A stretch of DNA of 63,667 nt, filler included, from Octopus bimaculoides (GCF_001194135.2; 7 parts of 7 records of this genome joined end to end with filler, not necessarily neighbours in it), one strand, 5' to 3'. Numbered from the whole stretch's first letter, positions 1 through 12,827 are shown. The notes: generated from the sequence alone by a model not told the origin. Numbers and translations are program-made.

Positions 1-75
1 ATGTATCATAAAAAGATAGAGAAAAGAATAAGAATGAAAAGAACCAAATCAACATGCAAATTGTTTGCTGTAGAC

Positions 76-1278
76 CAGGGGTGGGGAAACCCCCACCCGC
101 GGGCTAGTTGCGCCCGCGAGCCCATTTTATTGCGTCCGCATGCTGATATACTTGTCTGTACAAAATACAGTAAATTTTTCAATTATAAGATTTATTCAAT
201 TCTCGTAAACCTATTTGCGTCATAGGTCGGGTTTCCACTACGACTTAAAGCGGTCAGACTCGAACAGAAATCCTCCAGTAATTACCATTTGAATGGAAAT
301 TTTGTTTTCACTATAAAACATATATTGCTTGGATTGTACCACCCGCTTCAGACCCATCTACACTTTCACTGAGAAAACTAAAAGTATGTTGCATCTATCG
401 AAATATTTTTTATATGAAACGAAAGCTGAAGGGTTGTAGAAGATACAGTGTAAAAATTATTCATATCTAAGAACCCCAAGGATTTATTTCCCTCCCTATC
501 TCATTTTCCCCATTTTTATGAAAAAAAAAGTTTTTCGAAGGTGGGGTCGCATTTTTGCTATCAGTCGGTGTCAAAAAGGTCAACAGGAGTTACTTTCATC
601 TGCCATCGGCTTATCAGTTATCGCCCTTCCCTATCCACTCGCTTGTCAACACCTGTGTGGACAAGGGAGAGAGAAGAATCAAGTTAAACCTTGCAGAACC
701 AAATAATATCTTAATTTTTTGCAGATTTTATTTTTTACTATTTTTATAGCACTAAATGCATGCATTGCGACTACGTGCCAGTTGGCTTTTGTTTTTCTCA
801 GGCAGCGGTAATAACAAAAATACCGCAAGTGATAATATAAATTTAACCGGTTTATAACATTGTTAACTTTGTTAAATCAATTTTTCAATACCCTTGTCAA
901 TATGGCAAGTGGTTATTAAAATCTTATAAAAAGAAGTGCTGGTGAACGTGCTTTGTTTGATGAAAAATTGACTGAACTTTACTTTTTTATTGAAGTAAAT
1001 AACAAGTGCATTTGTCTTATTTGCAACGAATAAGTAGCCGTTCATAAAAAATATATTATGTAAGTCAGCGTAAGACCTATGGAAATTTGAAAGAATCTGA
1101 ACGTTTTAACAAGATAGCCTCCTTGAAAGAAAACCTGACCAAAAGACAAGCTTTTTTTAAAAGGTCATGTTCTTGAAATTTAATCAGTTACTCGAGTTAG
1201 TTATGCAATATACGAAAATATTGCTAAAAAAACTCAAACCAGATAGCGATGGTGAACTCGTGAAAGAATGTATCCTTA
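76..1278 (+). mobile_element. hAT (Buster/Charlie/SPIN-like) DNA transposon, left end and decayed transposase 5' part
   Basis: Left terminus CAGGGGTGGGGAAACCCCCACCCGCGGGC at 76, preceded by the 8-mer CTGTAGAC with a central TA (Buster-type target). From ATG 902 the frame reads FDEKLTELYFFIEVNNKCICLICNE*VAVHKKY, then YGNLKESERFNKIASLKENLTKRQAFF and, after shifts, SYAIYENIAKK/LKPDSDGELVKECIL, matching the SPIN/GTF2IRD2-type N-terminus. Several stops and frameshifts; ends at the (TATG)n run. Confidence 0.8.
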
Positions 1279-4204
1279 TGTATGTATGTATGTATGTATG
1301 TATGTGCAGATTTGTATGTTTTTATGTATGTTTTCTCATGCATATAGTTGTATATCTAGACATGCTCATATATATTTAAATGATAAACTTCTGGAAAGTT
1401 TTACAGATTTTTACAGTTCCAGTGATGGATTAGATCTGTAGTTTTCGAATTAGCTTTCTCCTTTCTGGTTTTAAGAAGCCTAATTTCTCAAGATTGGTAT
1501 TTATGCAGTGTGTTACATATCCCAGGGCCCACATAATTACAGGTATAAACCTGAACTTGTAATCTGGATAGAGTAAATGCAGATTTCTCAATAGTTCAGC
1601 ATAGATGTTCTCTTTTTCACTGATCTTCAGCTAACATCCGCTGGGCAGCTAATTTCCACAACTGTGCACAGATTCTCTTCTCTGTCCCAGATTATTATAT
1701 CAGGTCTGCTGTGCTTACATTTTATTGAGGTTTTCACTGGTACACTCCACCAGTATTTCTTTTTATTATGAGGGGCTATGGCTTCTACCATATTGTGGGT
1801 TCTTATTTCTTTGTCTTCGGGATTATCCTTCCGACGGATTTCATTATAGAGTGTCCTAGTTACATCATGTCTCATCATCAGATAATACCGGTTGTCACAT
1901 TATACGGCTTTTCCTGCATCTGTATCCCTTTTGTGCATCAGTTACTTGGTTGATATTTCCTATCCCTGGATTGCAAACGCATACCTTTCAAAGTGGGAGG
2001 TAAAAATCTGGTTATTGGTTCATGATAAACTGCTTTGATGATTTATGTTACTATCATCACGGAGCTTTCTACTAATATGTCCATGCATAGTCTTCTGCTC
2101 ATATAGACGCATTCTTTCATCTGAATATACGTTGTGGTAGAGTCGTGTGACTTCTTTGGGTAAGTATTCTAGGTTATCAGGCAAAAAGTGTTACTTAAAG
2201 AGCTGCCTTCCAAGTCTTATGATGTTATCAGCCTCATGTATGCAAACTTGGTCAAGGGATGCATTTTGATACTTGGTAGTTAGAAAATGTTGCCGAAGGG
2301 ATATGATGCGACATTCGAAGGCATTTCGGACTGAGGTTAAGCCTCTGCCGCCTTGTTTTCGTTTTAGGTAGAGGTGGTCTACGTCACTGTTTATGTGGAA
2401 ATTATGTGTGCTTGTTAGTATTTTTCGGGTTTTCACATCAATGGCTCGGATTTCATCAAGCGTCCAATCAAGCAGCTCAAATGTTGGTATGAGTACTGGC
2501 ACTGCAAACACATTGTGGGCCACCGTTTTATTGAATGCAGAGAGTTCTGGGTTCCAAATTTTCTTTATTCGGCTGTAATATTCTTTAGTGATACGTGTTT
2601 TGTTACAGGTGCCATTGTAAGATATCCACCCCTAGATATCTGCAACATTCCTCGTCAGATACAAGGGGAACAGTCAAATCATTGATGGATATGTTACTAG
2701 TCTGGTTTATAGTTTCTCCCTTTTCACAACCATATAACAACATTTATCCTGACCAAACTCCAACCCTACATCCTTTGAGAATGTTGTAACTAGGTCAAGG
2801 CTCTTTTTCATCTCATGCATATACTTTGCATGAAGTTTTAAGTCATCCACAAAGAAACGTTGTGTAATTTTGGTATTTCTGCTTCCTTGTGAACCAGTGA
2901 GATATCCTTCAGACTTCCCTAACATGAATGACAAAGGATTTGCAGAAAGTATAAACAATATCACAGAGACGCTGTCTCCTTGAAATATGCCTTTGCGATA
3001 CTGTATTCTATCGGTGATAATACAGTCACTCTTTGTGTTTAATTTCAAGATAGTGGCCCACGATGAAGTCAGGTTAGCTATGGCTTTGACTATTCTCACT
3101 GGAACTTTAGCAAGTTGATGGGCTTCTAGCATCCATGAGTGGGGAACAGAGTCAAAGGCTTTCTTGTAGTCCAGCCACATTGAAACTAGGTTCCTCCTAT
3201 GCTCTCGCACTTCTGACATCACAGTTTTGTTTAACAATTGCTCGGCACATCCCCAGACTCCCTTCTTCCCAGCTGCGGTGATAATGTTATTGGTTTCACA
3301 ATGGTCCTGGAGGAAGAGGTTTAAATATGCTGTACATATCTTATACATTAAGTTCTCTCATGCAATTGGCCGGTAGTTCTTTGCCACGTGGGTGGTTCTG
3401 CATTTGAGGATCAATTTTGTCTCTGCCAGAGCTAACCACTGTGATATGCTACTGTTCCCAATAAAAGCTTGCTGGTACAGATTGATAATATATGGTCGGT
3501 AGAATGTTAGCTTTTTGTGTTGAATGTTAGCTTCTTTTCCTTCCTGGTGTTTCTGGATCACAGTTGCAAGAGTTTCACCATCAATGTTGCATGTCTTGGA
3601 TGTAACGCAGGAACAATAACTTTTTTCGGATTTCTTCCAGCCACAGAGCAAGTGGTTAAATTCCTACTCTTCACCCCAGATTTTCCTCCAGAAGGAGTTT
3701 TTGTCTTCTCGTGAAGGAGCTTCCGTGATGTTTACTGCTCCTCCTCTCATGTCTGTATACTACCTCCTGGTTGCTGTTAAATTTTTCGTTTATTGTTCTT
3801 CCCTCGGTTATTCTCTTCTGATGTCAGAGTTTCTCACTGACAGCTTTTAGCTCCTGCTTGAGGGTAATCAGTTTGCAAGTGAGTGTCCCCTTTTTGCTGT
3901 CTCCAAACATCATTTTTATCTCCTTCATTACTTTCTGTTGGTGGGACGTATAGTGATTTGCTTGTTTGCATGCAATAAACATCATTACATGACGGATGGT
4001 CTTCAGTAAACCAGTTATCTTTTTCTCTGTCTTCAAAACCCATGTGTGGTACTTTCTTTATTTCGGTTTTGTTTACTTTTTGTATATCAATCATGTTCGG
4101 TTTTACAGTAGTAGCCAGAACATGTAGATAGGCGTTAATCTGCCAGTATGTGGGTTCATCACACTATTGTAAATAGTCACCATCAACTTCGTTAAAAGCC
4201 TTTA

Positions 4205-4206
<2 letters not shown>
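1279..4206 (-). mobile_element. R4/Dong-clade non-LTR retrotransposon (RT + RLE endonuclease), 5'-truncated, decayed
   Basis: RT motifs KGVWGCAEQLL, WLDYKKAFDSVPH, KGIFQGDSVSVILF, FFVDDLKL (2707-3348); thumb region AHNVFAVPVL (2191-2523); RHD motif and RLE motif PDIIIWDREENLCTVVEISCP (1627-1878). C-terminus ends ICKTFQKFII* at 1376-1378, followed by a short 3' UTR and (CATA)n tail. Many stops and frameshifts. Confidence 0.92.
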
Positions 4207-4235
<29 letters not shown>

Positions 4236-4237
4236 TG

Positions 4238-4294
<57 letters not shown>
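4207..4294. repeat. (TATG)n + (TG)n microsatellite
   Basis: Direct reading; runs into an N gap. Confidence 0.95.
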
Positions 4295-4989
4295 NNNNNN
4301 NNNNNNNNNNNNNNNNNNNNNNNNNNNNNNNNNNNNNNNNNNNNNNNNNNNNNNNNNNNNNNNNNNNNNNNNNNNNNNNNNNNNNNNNNNNNNNNNNNNN
4401 NNNNNNNNNNNNNNNNNNNNNNNNNNNNNNNNNNNNNNNNNNNNNNNNNNNNNNNNNNNNNNNNNNNNNNNNNNNNNNNNNNNNNNNNNNNNNNNNNNNN
4501 NNNNNNNNNNNNNNNNNNNNNNNNNNNNNNNNNNNNNNNNNNNNNNNNNNNNNNNNNNNNNNNNNNNNNNNNNNNNNNNNNNNNNNNNNNNNNNNNNNNN
4601 NNNNNNNNNNNNNNNNNNNNNNNNNNNNNNNNNNNNNNNNNNNNNNNNNNNNNNNNNNNNNNNNNNNNNNNNNNNNNNNNNNNNNNNNNNNNNNNNNNNN
4701 NNNNNNNNNNNNNNNNNNNNNNATATTATTGTGAGTATTTAGATTCCTCTTAAAAGGGATATTAGCATCCAACTTTTTTCGGTTTAATCCTATATGTCGA
4801 TGAAATACTCAGGAGTCCAGTATTACTTAATAGTATTGGTGTCTATTATTTAAAAATAGGCATCAATTAAGCACATTACGGAGTTCTGGTATTTTTGATA
4901 GATGTTTGTTTCACTTCGATATATATAGGTATATTTCAATATAGTATATGATAAGAAGAAAATGGAGAGTTTTAACAGATAAACATCAA

Positions 4990-5464
4990 TTTATTAACGT
5001 ATTGTCAATTCCCCTGTCATTATTAATCGTCTATTCATTCCACTTGGCACGTATATTCACCTTAAAAGGCCCGTTCACGGACACGTCGAGTGGCTGAAGC
5101 ACAGATGTACATCCACCTGGAATCACAGCTTGGTAGGTACGAAGCGCCTTTAATCTATTTTTTTATGCTGCAGATCAGATGAGCCCTGAACATATTCCAT
5201 ACAAGAAGCGACTTTGAATTAAGTATAGCCCCTGGGCACTTGAACCACAAGTCGTTTAACCAGTTCGTCAATAAGGTTTCATCCACCCACCCTTTTTCCT
5301 GAATATACACCACTATGCCCTTCGGAAACTTCTCTTTCGGGAAAGTCTTTTGAAAACAACAGCCGGGGTAACTTTCGTACCGTTAGCCATACAAGCCAAA
5401 ATTGCGGTGAAGTGGACCTTGTCGCTCCCCGTAGTTCTTACCGAAATTGTGTTTTTCCCTTTAA
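4990..5464 (-). mobile_element. pogo/Tigger-type DDE_1 transposase fragment
   Basis: Minus-strand frames read TTGSDKVHFTAILACMANGTKVTPAVVFKR, then SLLVWNMFRAH and VIPGGCTSVLQPLDVSVNGPFK (pogo DDE_1 signature). The 5' part is lost in the gap. Confidence 0.88.
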
Positions 5465-6335
5465 NNNNNNNNNNNNNNNNNNNNNNNNNNNNNNNNNNNN
5501 NNNNNNNNNNNNNNNNNNNNNNNNNNNNNNNNNNNNNNNNNNNNNNNNNNNNNNNNNNNNNNNNNNNNNNNNNNNNNNNNNNNNNNNNNNNNNNNNNNNN
5601 NNNNNNNNNNNNNNNNNNNNNNNNNNNNNNNNNNNNNNNNNNNNNNNNNNNNNNNNNNNNNNNNNNNNNNNNNNNNNNNNNNNNNNNNNNNNNNNNNNNN
5701 NNNNNNNNNNNNNNNNNNNNNNNNNNNNNNNNNNNNNNNNNNNNNNNNNNNNNNNNNNNNNNNNNNNNNNNNNNNNNNNNNNNNNNNNNNNNNNNNNNNN
5801 NNNNNNNNNNNNNNNNNNNNNNNNNNNNNNNNNNNNNNNNNNNNNNNNNNNNNNNNNNNNNNNNNNNNNNNNNNNNNNNNNNNNNNNNNNNNNNNNNNNN
5901 NNNNNNNNNNNNNNNNNNNNNNNNNNNNNNNNNNNNNNNNNNNNNNNNNNNNNNNNNNNNNNNNNNNNNNNNNNNNNNNNNNNNNNNNNNNNNNNNNNNN
6001 NNNNNNNNNNNNNNNNNNNNNNNNNNNNNNNNNNNNNNNNNNNNNNNNNNNNNNNNNNNNNNNNNNNNNNNNNNNNNNNNNNNNNNNNNNNNNNNNNNNN
6101 NNNNNNNNNNNNNNNNNNNNNNNNNNNNNNNNNNNNNNNNNNNNNNNNNNNNNNNNNNNNNNNNNNNNNNNNNNNNNNNNNNNNNNNNNNNNNNNNNNNN
6201 NNNNNNNNNNNNNNNNNNNNNNNNNNNNNNNNNNNNNNNNNNNNNNNNNNNNNNNNNNNNNNNNNNNNNNNNNNNNNNNNNNNNNNNNNNNNNNNNNNNN
6301 NNNNNNNNNNNNNNNNNNNNNNNNNNNNNNNNNNN

Positions 6336-6397
<62 letters not shown>

Positions 6398-6398
<1 letters not shown>

Positions 6399-7520
6399 TA
6401 TGTTGTCCGGAAAGTTCTGAGCGTTTTTTATATGTAAAAGAGATGTAAATAATTGACTTTTCAATAAATTTTATTAAATGAAATGATTTCCATTATTATT
6501 TGACAGATTTTGAAGAAAAAATTAACCTAGATGCATTTCAACTCCATCTAAATCGTTAAATGTATTTCCTTACAATGAGTTCTGTAGAGACAAAAACAAG
6601 TGGTAGTCGGATGGCGCAATATCAGGAGAATATGGTGGGTGGGGTAAGAGATCCCACCCAAGTTCATGTAACTTTGTTTGGGTAGCCAAAGACATATGTA
6701 GTTGAGCATTGTCTTGTTGGAACACTATCCCTTACATGTAGCAATCTACGGCCTCAAGTCTTTGACATATTTTGGTTCAAATTAGCCAGCTGACGACAGT
6801 ACACATCAGAATTAATAGTCTGGTTTTGTAGGAGAAGCTCATAATAAATAATGCCTTTATGATTTCACAAAGCATAGCATTTTTTGGCATGGATATTCGT
6901 CTTTGGTTGCTGTTTTGGAGGATCCTTACGCAAACTCCAAGATTTTTTTCGCACTACGCTTTCGCACACAATCCATTTTTCATTTCCAGTCACAAGTTGT
7001 TTCAAAAGCAGGCATGCTTTTTATTCCGTTTCAAAAAGCATATCACAAACGGAATATCTGTCCAAACAATTCTTTTCTGAGAGTTTGTGAGAAACCCATA
7101 CATTATAGCGAGAAATGCATCCTAGCTTCACTAGGTGTCCATGAGCCGTACTTTTAGAAACTTCCACTAGGTGTTTACGAGCCGTACTTTTAGAAACTTC
7201 CTCTGCAAGTTCTCTAGTCGTGATATTTGTTTTCTTCGATTTTTGCCTTCAAAACATCTTCATCCAAGTTTGAAGGTCTTCCACTGCAACTGTCATCTTC
7301 CATGCTAAACTTTCTAGCGTTAAATTTTGCAAACCACCTTCAAACAGTTGATTCACCTACAACATCATCAACATAAACTTCATAAGTCTTTGCAGCATTT
7401 TCTCCTTTTTTAAAAAAGGAAAGCATTAGAACGCGAATATGAAATTTTTGGTTATCCATTTGCAAAGCTTTAAAAATAGACAACAAATGAATTCTACTGG
7501 ATTAAGTAAGTCCATATGGG
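6398..7520 (-). mobile_element. mariner transposon, decayed
   Basis: ATG at 7459 gives MDNQKFHIRVLMLSFFKKGENAAK...RWFAKF...SGRPS; HPPYSPDIAPSDYHLF motif near 6600-6650; C-terminal NNNGNHFI* at 6474. Terminus TA|TTATGTTGTCCGGAAAGTT at 6398; matching 5' TIR not found. Internal 36-bp tandem duplication at 7129-7200. Confidence 0.88.
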
Positions 7521-9035
7521 AAACCATATAAAATCTCCAACAAAAGATGTGAGTTATGTACTGAAGAAGCATATAGAATACTTATATCTAGAAAAAATTT
7601 ACTTAATTTAAAAAAAGAAAAAAATGTGGCTTGCTTTCGTTCAGCGAAATGTATTTTCTCTAAGTATAATCATATTTTATACTCATAACATAGGGTAATA
7701 TTAAACTATATAATATACTATTCATATAATATCCCTTAATATCTAGGAGACATATTACGTAATAATATAACAGACTAGAGTTATTGAAAATGTTTCGTAA
7801 TTATATCTATAAACAATAATTGAGATAACTACTATTAACTACACCTCTTATGACACATAGTATATATTCAACTTTATTACCTTAAAGTAACAACTAAAAT
7901 TCTAACAATATCCTAAACAATAATTAATAATAATTATTAAATATTTTACTAAGATTAACTTAATCACCACGTATTGAATAGATTTTGTAATTACTTAATT
8001 AACATAATTGAGATGACATAACGTAACAAATTCATATCTATAACTAATACAACAGTCTTTCTACATTTATACCTAACTGAATATTTATAACTTATCTTAC
8101 AATACATATTTTTGGCCTATTATCTTACGTGAATATTAATTTTAAGCTATAATTAACAATACTTATTAATTAGATAATATAGATGAACCAAATTCCTATA
8201 TATTGATAATATCCCAAAATTCTTTCTATAAACTACATTTATGATGACGTAATGTACAAGATTTCTATCCATCTAGAACGTAAAGAAATAATATATATTC
8301 ATCGTGCCGATTATATGGTAAATAAAACCTAAGCTTATCACTTAATGTAAATGTATTTAATAGAAGCATTAATTAAATGACACTCAAATATAAATAAACA
8401 CAATCGAATTGAAGTTTAATTTGTATATGTGTGTGTGATTATATGCCTTATGTATGTACCTATGTGTGTGTATTTGCGTATCTGAGCATTTATGTATCCA
8501 TTTATGTACGCGCATACGTATGTATAAGTGCGCATGTATATAGATGTATGTATATATATGTTTGTGTGTATATGAGCGTGTATGTGTGTGTATGAGTGTG
8601 TATGTGTGTGTACGTGTGTGTGTGCAGTTATTACTGTGAGTCTTATATTACCATATAATTCCACATACAGACTCTCACACACACACACACACACACATTG
8701 TGAAACCGTTATGATTTGATATTTTCTGAAACGCTTAACTGCAAGTAAGCTAATGTAAATTTCTTCAGCCAATGGGTACTGATCAATACATAGAGTCCTT
8801 TCTATTCTTTTTTATTTTATTTCTGTTCTACTTTTATTTATTTATTTGCTTTCTATCTTATTTATTTCTGTCTTATTTATTTAATATTTTATGCCTTTTA
8901 TTTTTATTTTTATTGTATTTACTTTTTATATTATTTCATTTTAGTCTAACTTATTTATTTTACTTTATTTCTTATTATATTCAAATTAAACCGTTATCCC
9001 TCACGCACACAGAAATACACACACATACGCGCGCG

Positions 9036-9180
9036 CGTGTGTGTGTGTGTGTGTATGTGCCGTTAAAGCATATAATTAAATTATTTCATGGAATAACTAG
9101 GTATTTCATGAATTATCTGGCTGAATCAGTGAAAGTGTATAAAAGGATTTCATTCTACAATTTAACTAGTTATTTTATAC
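9036..9180 (+). repeat. Dispersed repeat, inverted copy of 12828-12990
   Basis: About 120 bp of unique core plus (CG)n(TG)n; reverse complement aligns to 12828-12990 with a 34-bp block identical. Confidence 0.85.
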
Positions 9181-9199
9181 TGCAGTAGTGCTTTACACT

Positions 9200-9755
9200 A
9201 TCATTGTGTGAGATGCTTTTATTTTGACTCATCTAGGCTTAAATATCCCAATATCATCTCCACAAGGCCTTTTCGTTTCAGCGGTCACATGACCTCGTGA
9301 TTAAACGAACCTGTTGTTTGTATTGGTCGGCTTCCAGCTGTCCAATCGCGTTGGCGCAACAGTTTATTTTCCCTTACGCGGGAAATTAATCACTAGCAGT
9401 TCTCTACCGTTCTAGGTCTTTGGCACTCGCCTCTGACCACACGGCACAACTCATCTCCAGTAACGATGTATCTGACACCAGCCAGTCTCCGTTTTCATCT
9501 CCGCCAGACGCGTGACTACATTATTGCTGTACGAACATCACACGACCAACAGACCAACAGCTGCCTCTATCACACCACCAACAGTACGTCAATTATGTCT
9601 ACAACAACAACAGTCCAACCTAACCACGAAGTTCTCACACATCTTCGTGTTAGTTTAATTCATGTATGGCAATCATTGTTTATTATAACGGAGAATAAAA
9701 CATCGCTTACCAGTTCATTTCATCTCAAGTTGTATACATTTCAACATTCACATAC
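9200..9755 (+). promoter_or_regulatory. Promoter-like / possible solo LTR
   Basis: Palindromic E-box GTCACATGAC (~9284), inverted CCAAT pair ATTGG...CCAAT (~9322-9345), CpG-richer than the flanks, AATAAA at ~9694 followed by a CA-ending segment. No convincing TSD found. Confidence 0.35.
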
Positions 9756-10845
9756 ATTAATCATCTTCGTTATAATAGAATCATTCAACCACGGCAGTGA
9801 TTGAATATATTCTTAAGTCCACCATTTCGTCAATCGCAGCAGCTTCCAAGCTTCACCATTAATCCAGTTCTCAACTAAATTGTTAGTAGTTTTAAAGAGG
9901 ACACCTCCCCAGCTACACTTTGGCATAAATAGTTTGAGATTTGGTTCAGTAGAAAAAAAAGTTACATGGAATCAAGTTCCCTGCGTGGAATCAAGTTCCC
10001 TGACCTCTTAATATGCTGCAAATCCCTTATTTTGGTTCGGAAAAAATGAGGTGGGAGGGGGGGGGTCCCCCCAATCCCGGAATCATTGGAATTTTTTTTT
10101 TCGTTGAATGAATTCCTGTGACCTCTCAATATTGCAAAATTAGGTTACTTAAGGTGGGCCTGGTAACTGATGGTTTTGGGGTCTTGTTGTTTGTAACTTT
10201 TGGTGAGCCATGGTGCAACCAACAACATGGTAAAAATCCCCGCCATTAATTTGGTGCGGATGGGTAATATCAAATAATTCAATCACAACATATATTTAAG
10301 TTAAACACGAAAAAAAAATTGAAATATTATCATCACTTACATGGAAAAATTTATAAGGCAAAATCTTGAATTATTAATTGACACATTATTAATTATCTTA
10401 TAACAGCAATGCCTGGAAAAATCATGGATTACATGGAAAAATGCGAGCATGAAAAGTCATATTCTTAAGATTATAAACATGGAAAAGTACAGCACAATTT
10501 ATTACATCTGTAAAAGTATAGAACAAGCTATTACTTCTAGTAAAGTAAAGAATAAGAAACTTAAATATATTGTAGCTAAATTTAAAATTTGAATATTAAA
10601 ACTTATTTTATTATAGTTTACATACAAAAAAAATATAGAATAAAGTGATTAATTAGACAAACTTACAAATGAGCTGAACAGTTTTGTACAATAAACTTAA
10701 ACGATGAGAAATGTAAAGAGTGATAGATTAGAAGAACTGGCATTCTTTGCTGCAATATTTTAAGTAAAAAAGTTTCTTATTCTTTACTTTACTAGAAGTA
10801 ATAGCTTGTCCTATACTTTTACTTTTTCACGCTCGCATTTTCCCA

Positions 10846-12105
10846 TGTAATAACAGTTGCCCTATGGTTAAAGTTTTAAAGACGGTACGTGAACGTTGTT
10901 TGGACTGGTCATGTTGTATTTCCTAACCCTCTTATTCTGTTTGCTAACCGTTAGGTAGAGTACGTGTGTTTTGTCAGTTAATTTGAATGTACATATATTT
11001 GAAAATTTTATTTAAAAAGATGAGTCTGGAAGGGATGAGAGATGAACAGATAAATAGAAAAGACGTAATGCAAGAGCGGTTTAAATCTTTGTTAAATAAG
11101 CGTGAAGCAAAAGAAAATAGCGCTATGCTTACTCGTAAAAAGTAGTTAAGTTTGTTAGCAGAATAAAAAAAAAATGCTAAAATAGCATTAAAAAAGTATC
11201 ACACGACTATTGGTTAATTAAGCGTAATGATGTTCATGAAGTTCAAGGAGTAGAAAAATTAATTGTGCCGGTGACAAATGCAAAACCTGATGTCGTCTTT
11301 TATTGTTCAAGCGATGCACTGTTCGATATTTTACACGAAACGCATATATCTATTGGACATGGTAGTAGAGACCGTATGATAAAAGACCTCAATCGTCGAT
11401 ATGAAAATATTACTCAGAATGAAATGAAATTATTTTTAAGTGTTTGTGAACCTTGCCAACAAAATAGAAATAAGGGAAAGAAAGGCATTGTAGTTAAGCC
11501 CATGGTATTTTAGCATCTCAATTCAAGATGTCAAGTATACCTTATAGATTTCCAGTCTCAACCTGATGGAAACTATAAATTTATTTTAGCTTACCAAGAC
11601 CAGGTAACGAAATTTTTAGTTTTAAGACCTCTTCAAACAAAGAGGGCAGAAGAAGTCAACTCACAGTTGCTCGATATATTTGTATTGCTTGATGCTCCAT
11701 GTATTCTGCAGTCCGACAACGGCAGGGAATTCTGTAATAAACTTATAGACGACTTGAAAATAACTTGGCCGGAGCTTAAGATCGTACATGGTAAAACAAG
11801 ACATAGTCAGAGTCAAGGTAGCGTTGAGAGGGCCAACCAAGACATCGAAAATATGTTAACATCCTGGATCGAAAACAACCAGTCTACATCATGGAGTCAT
11901 GGGCTATTACTGCATCCTCCGAAAATGATGATGCCGTTTCCGTTGAAGAAACATCTCCGAATCAAACTGTGAAAGTGAGTGTTATGTGTTCAAAAAATTG
12001 CAAAGACAACCTATTTTGCTGGAAATGTGAGCAGCCTATCCAGGTATCATGCTCAGAAGTCTGGTACACAGAAGACAAAATTGTACGGAAGGTCTGCAGG
12101 TTGTG
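10846..12105 (+). mobile_element. KRBA2/SCAND3-like DDE integrase (Ginger-like DNA transposon), pseudogenised
   Basis: ATG 11020. HHCC zinc finger (HETHISIGH...VCEPC), core YKFILAYQDQVTKF...LQSDNGREF...HGKTRHSQSQGSVERANQDIENML, then a Cys-rich C-terminal CSKNC/CWKC/CRLC segment. Stops, frameshifts and an internal deletion at ~11905. Candidate TGT terminus at 10846; the right end is in the gap. Confidence 0.85.
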
Positions 12106-12604
12106 NNNNNNNNNNNNNNNNNNNNNNNNNNNNNNNNNNNNNNNNNNNNNNNNNNNNNNNNNNNNNNNNNNNNNNNNNNNNNNNNNNNNNNNNNNNNNNN
12201 NNNNNNNNNNNNNNNNNNNNNNNNNNNNNNNNNNNNNNNNNNNNNNNNNNNNNNNNNNNNNNNNNNNNNNNNNNNNNNNNNNNNNNNNNNNNNNNNNNNN
12301 NNNNNNNNNNNNNNNNNNNNNNNNNNNNNNNNNNNNNNNNNNNNNNNNNNNNNNNNNNNNNNNNNNNNNNNNNNNNNNNNNNNNNNNNNNNNNNNNNNNN
12401 NNNNNNNNNNNNNNNNNNNNNNNNNNNNNNNNNNNNNNNNNNNNNNNNNNNNNNNNNNNNNNNNNNNNNNNNNNNNNNNNNNNNNNNNNNNNNNNNNNNN
12501 NNNNNNNNNNNNNNNNNNNNNNNNNNNNNNNNNNNNNNNNNNNNNNNNNNNNNNNNNNNNNNNNNNNNNNNNNNNNNNNNNNNNNNNNNNNNNNNNNNNN
12601 NNNN

Positions 12605-12665
12605 ATCTAATCGACTGGCCCCCTCCCCCAAAATTTCGGGCCTTGTGCCTAGAAAAGAATCTTTT
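12605..12665 (+). mobile_element. SINE family A, 3' tail fragment
   Basis: CCCCTCCCCCAAAATTTCGGGCCTTGTGCCTAG matches the tails at 49550-49600 and 46189-46215 (reverse). Confidence 0.7.
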
Positions 12666-12827
12666 TTTATTTAAAATAAAAGTTTCTTACAAGCGCGCAT
12701 TTTAAAAATATAAAATGAGGGTTTTGCATAAAGTTTTTGTGATATTTTTTACTGAAAATAAAAAAAAAGGCATTTTCTGAAGACCTTAACTACTTATCGT
12801 CAGTTAATTTATAAAACAACTAATTAT

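Noticed and set aside
4164-6464. Long ORFs containing X runs (here and at every gap)
   Set aside because: N codons are not stops, so these ORFs are artefacts.
7640-8410. Very AT-rich, G-poor tract resembling mitochondrial DNA (NUMT)
   Set aside because: No mitochondrial ORF, tRNA or rRNA motif could be read on either strand; a BLAST to the mitogenome would settle it.
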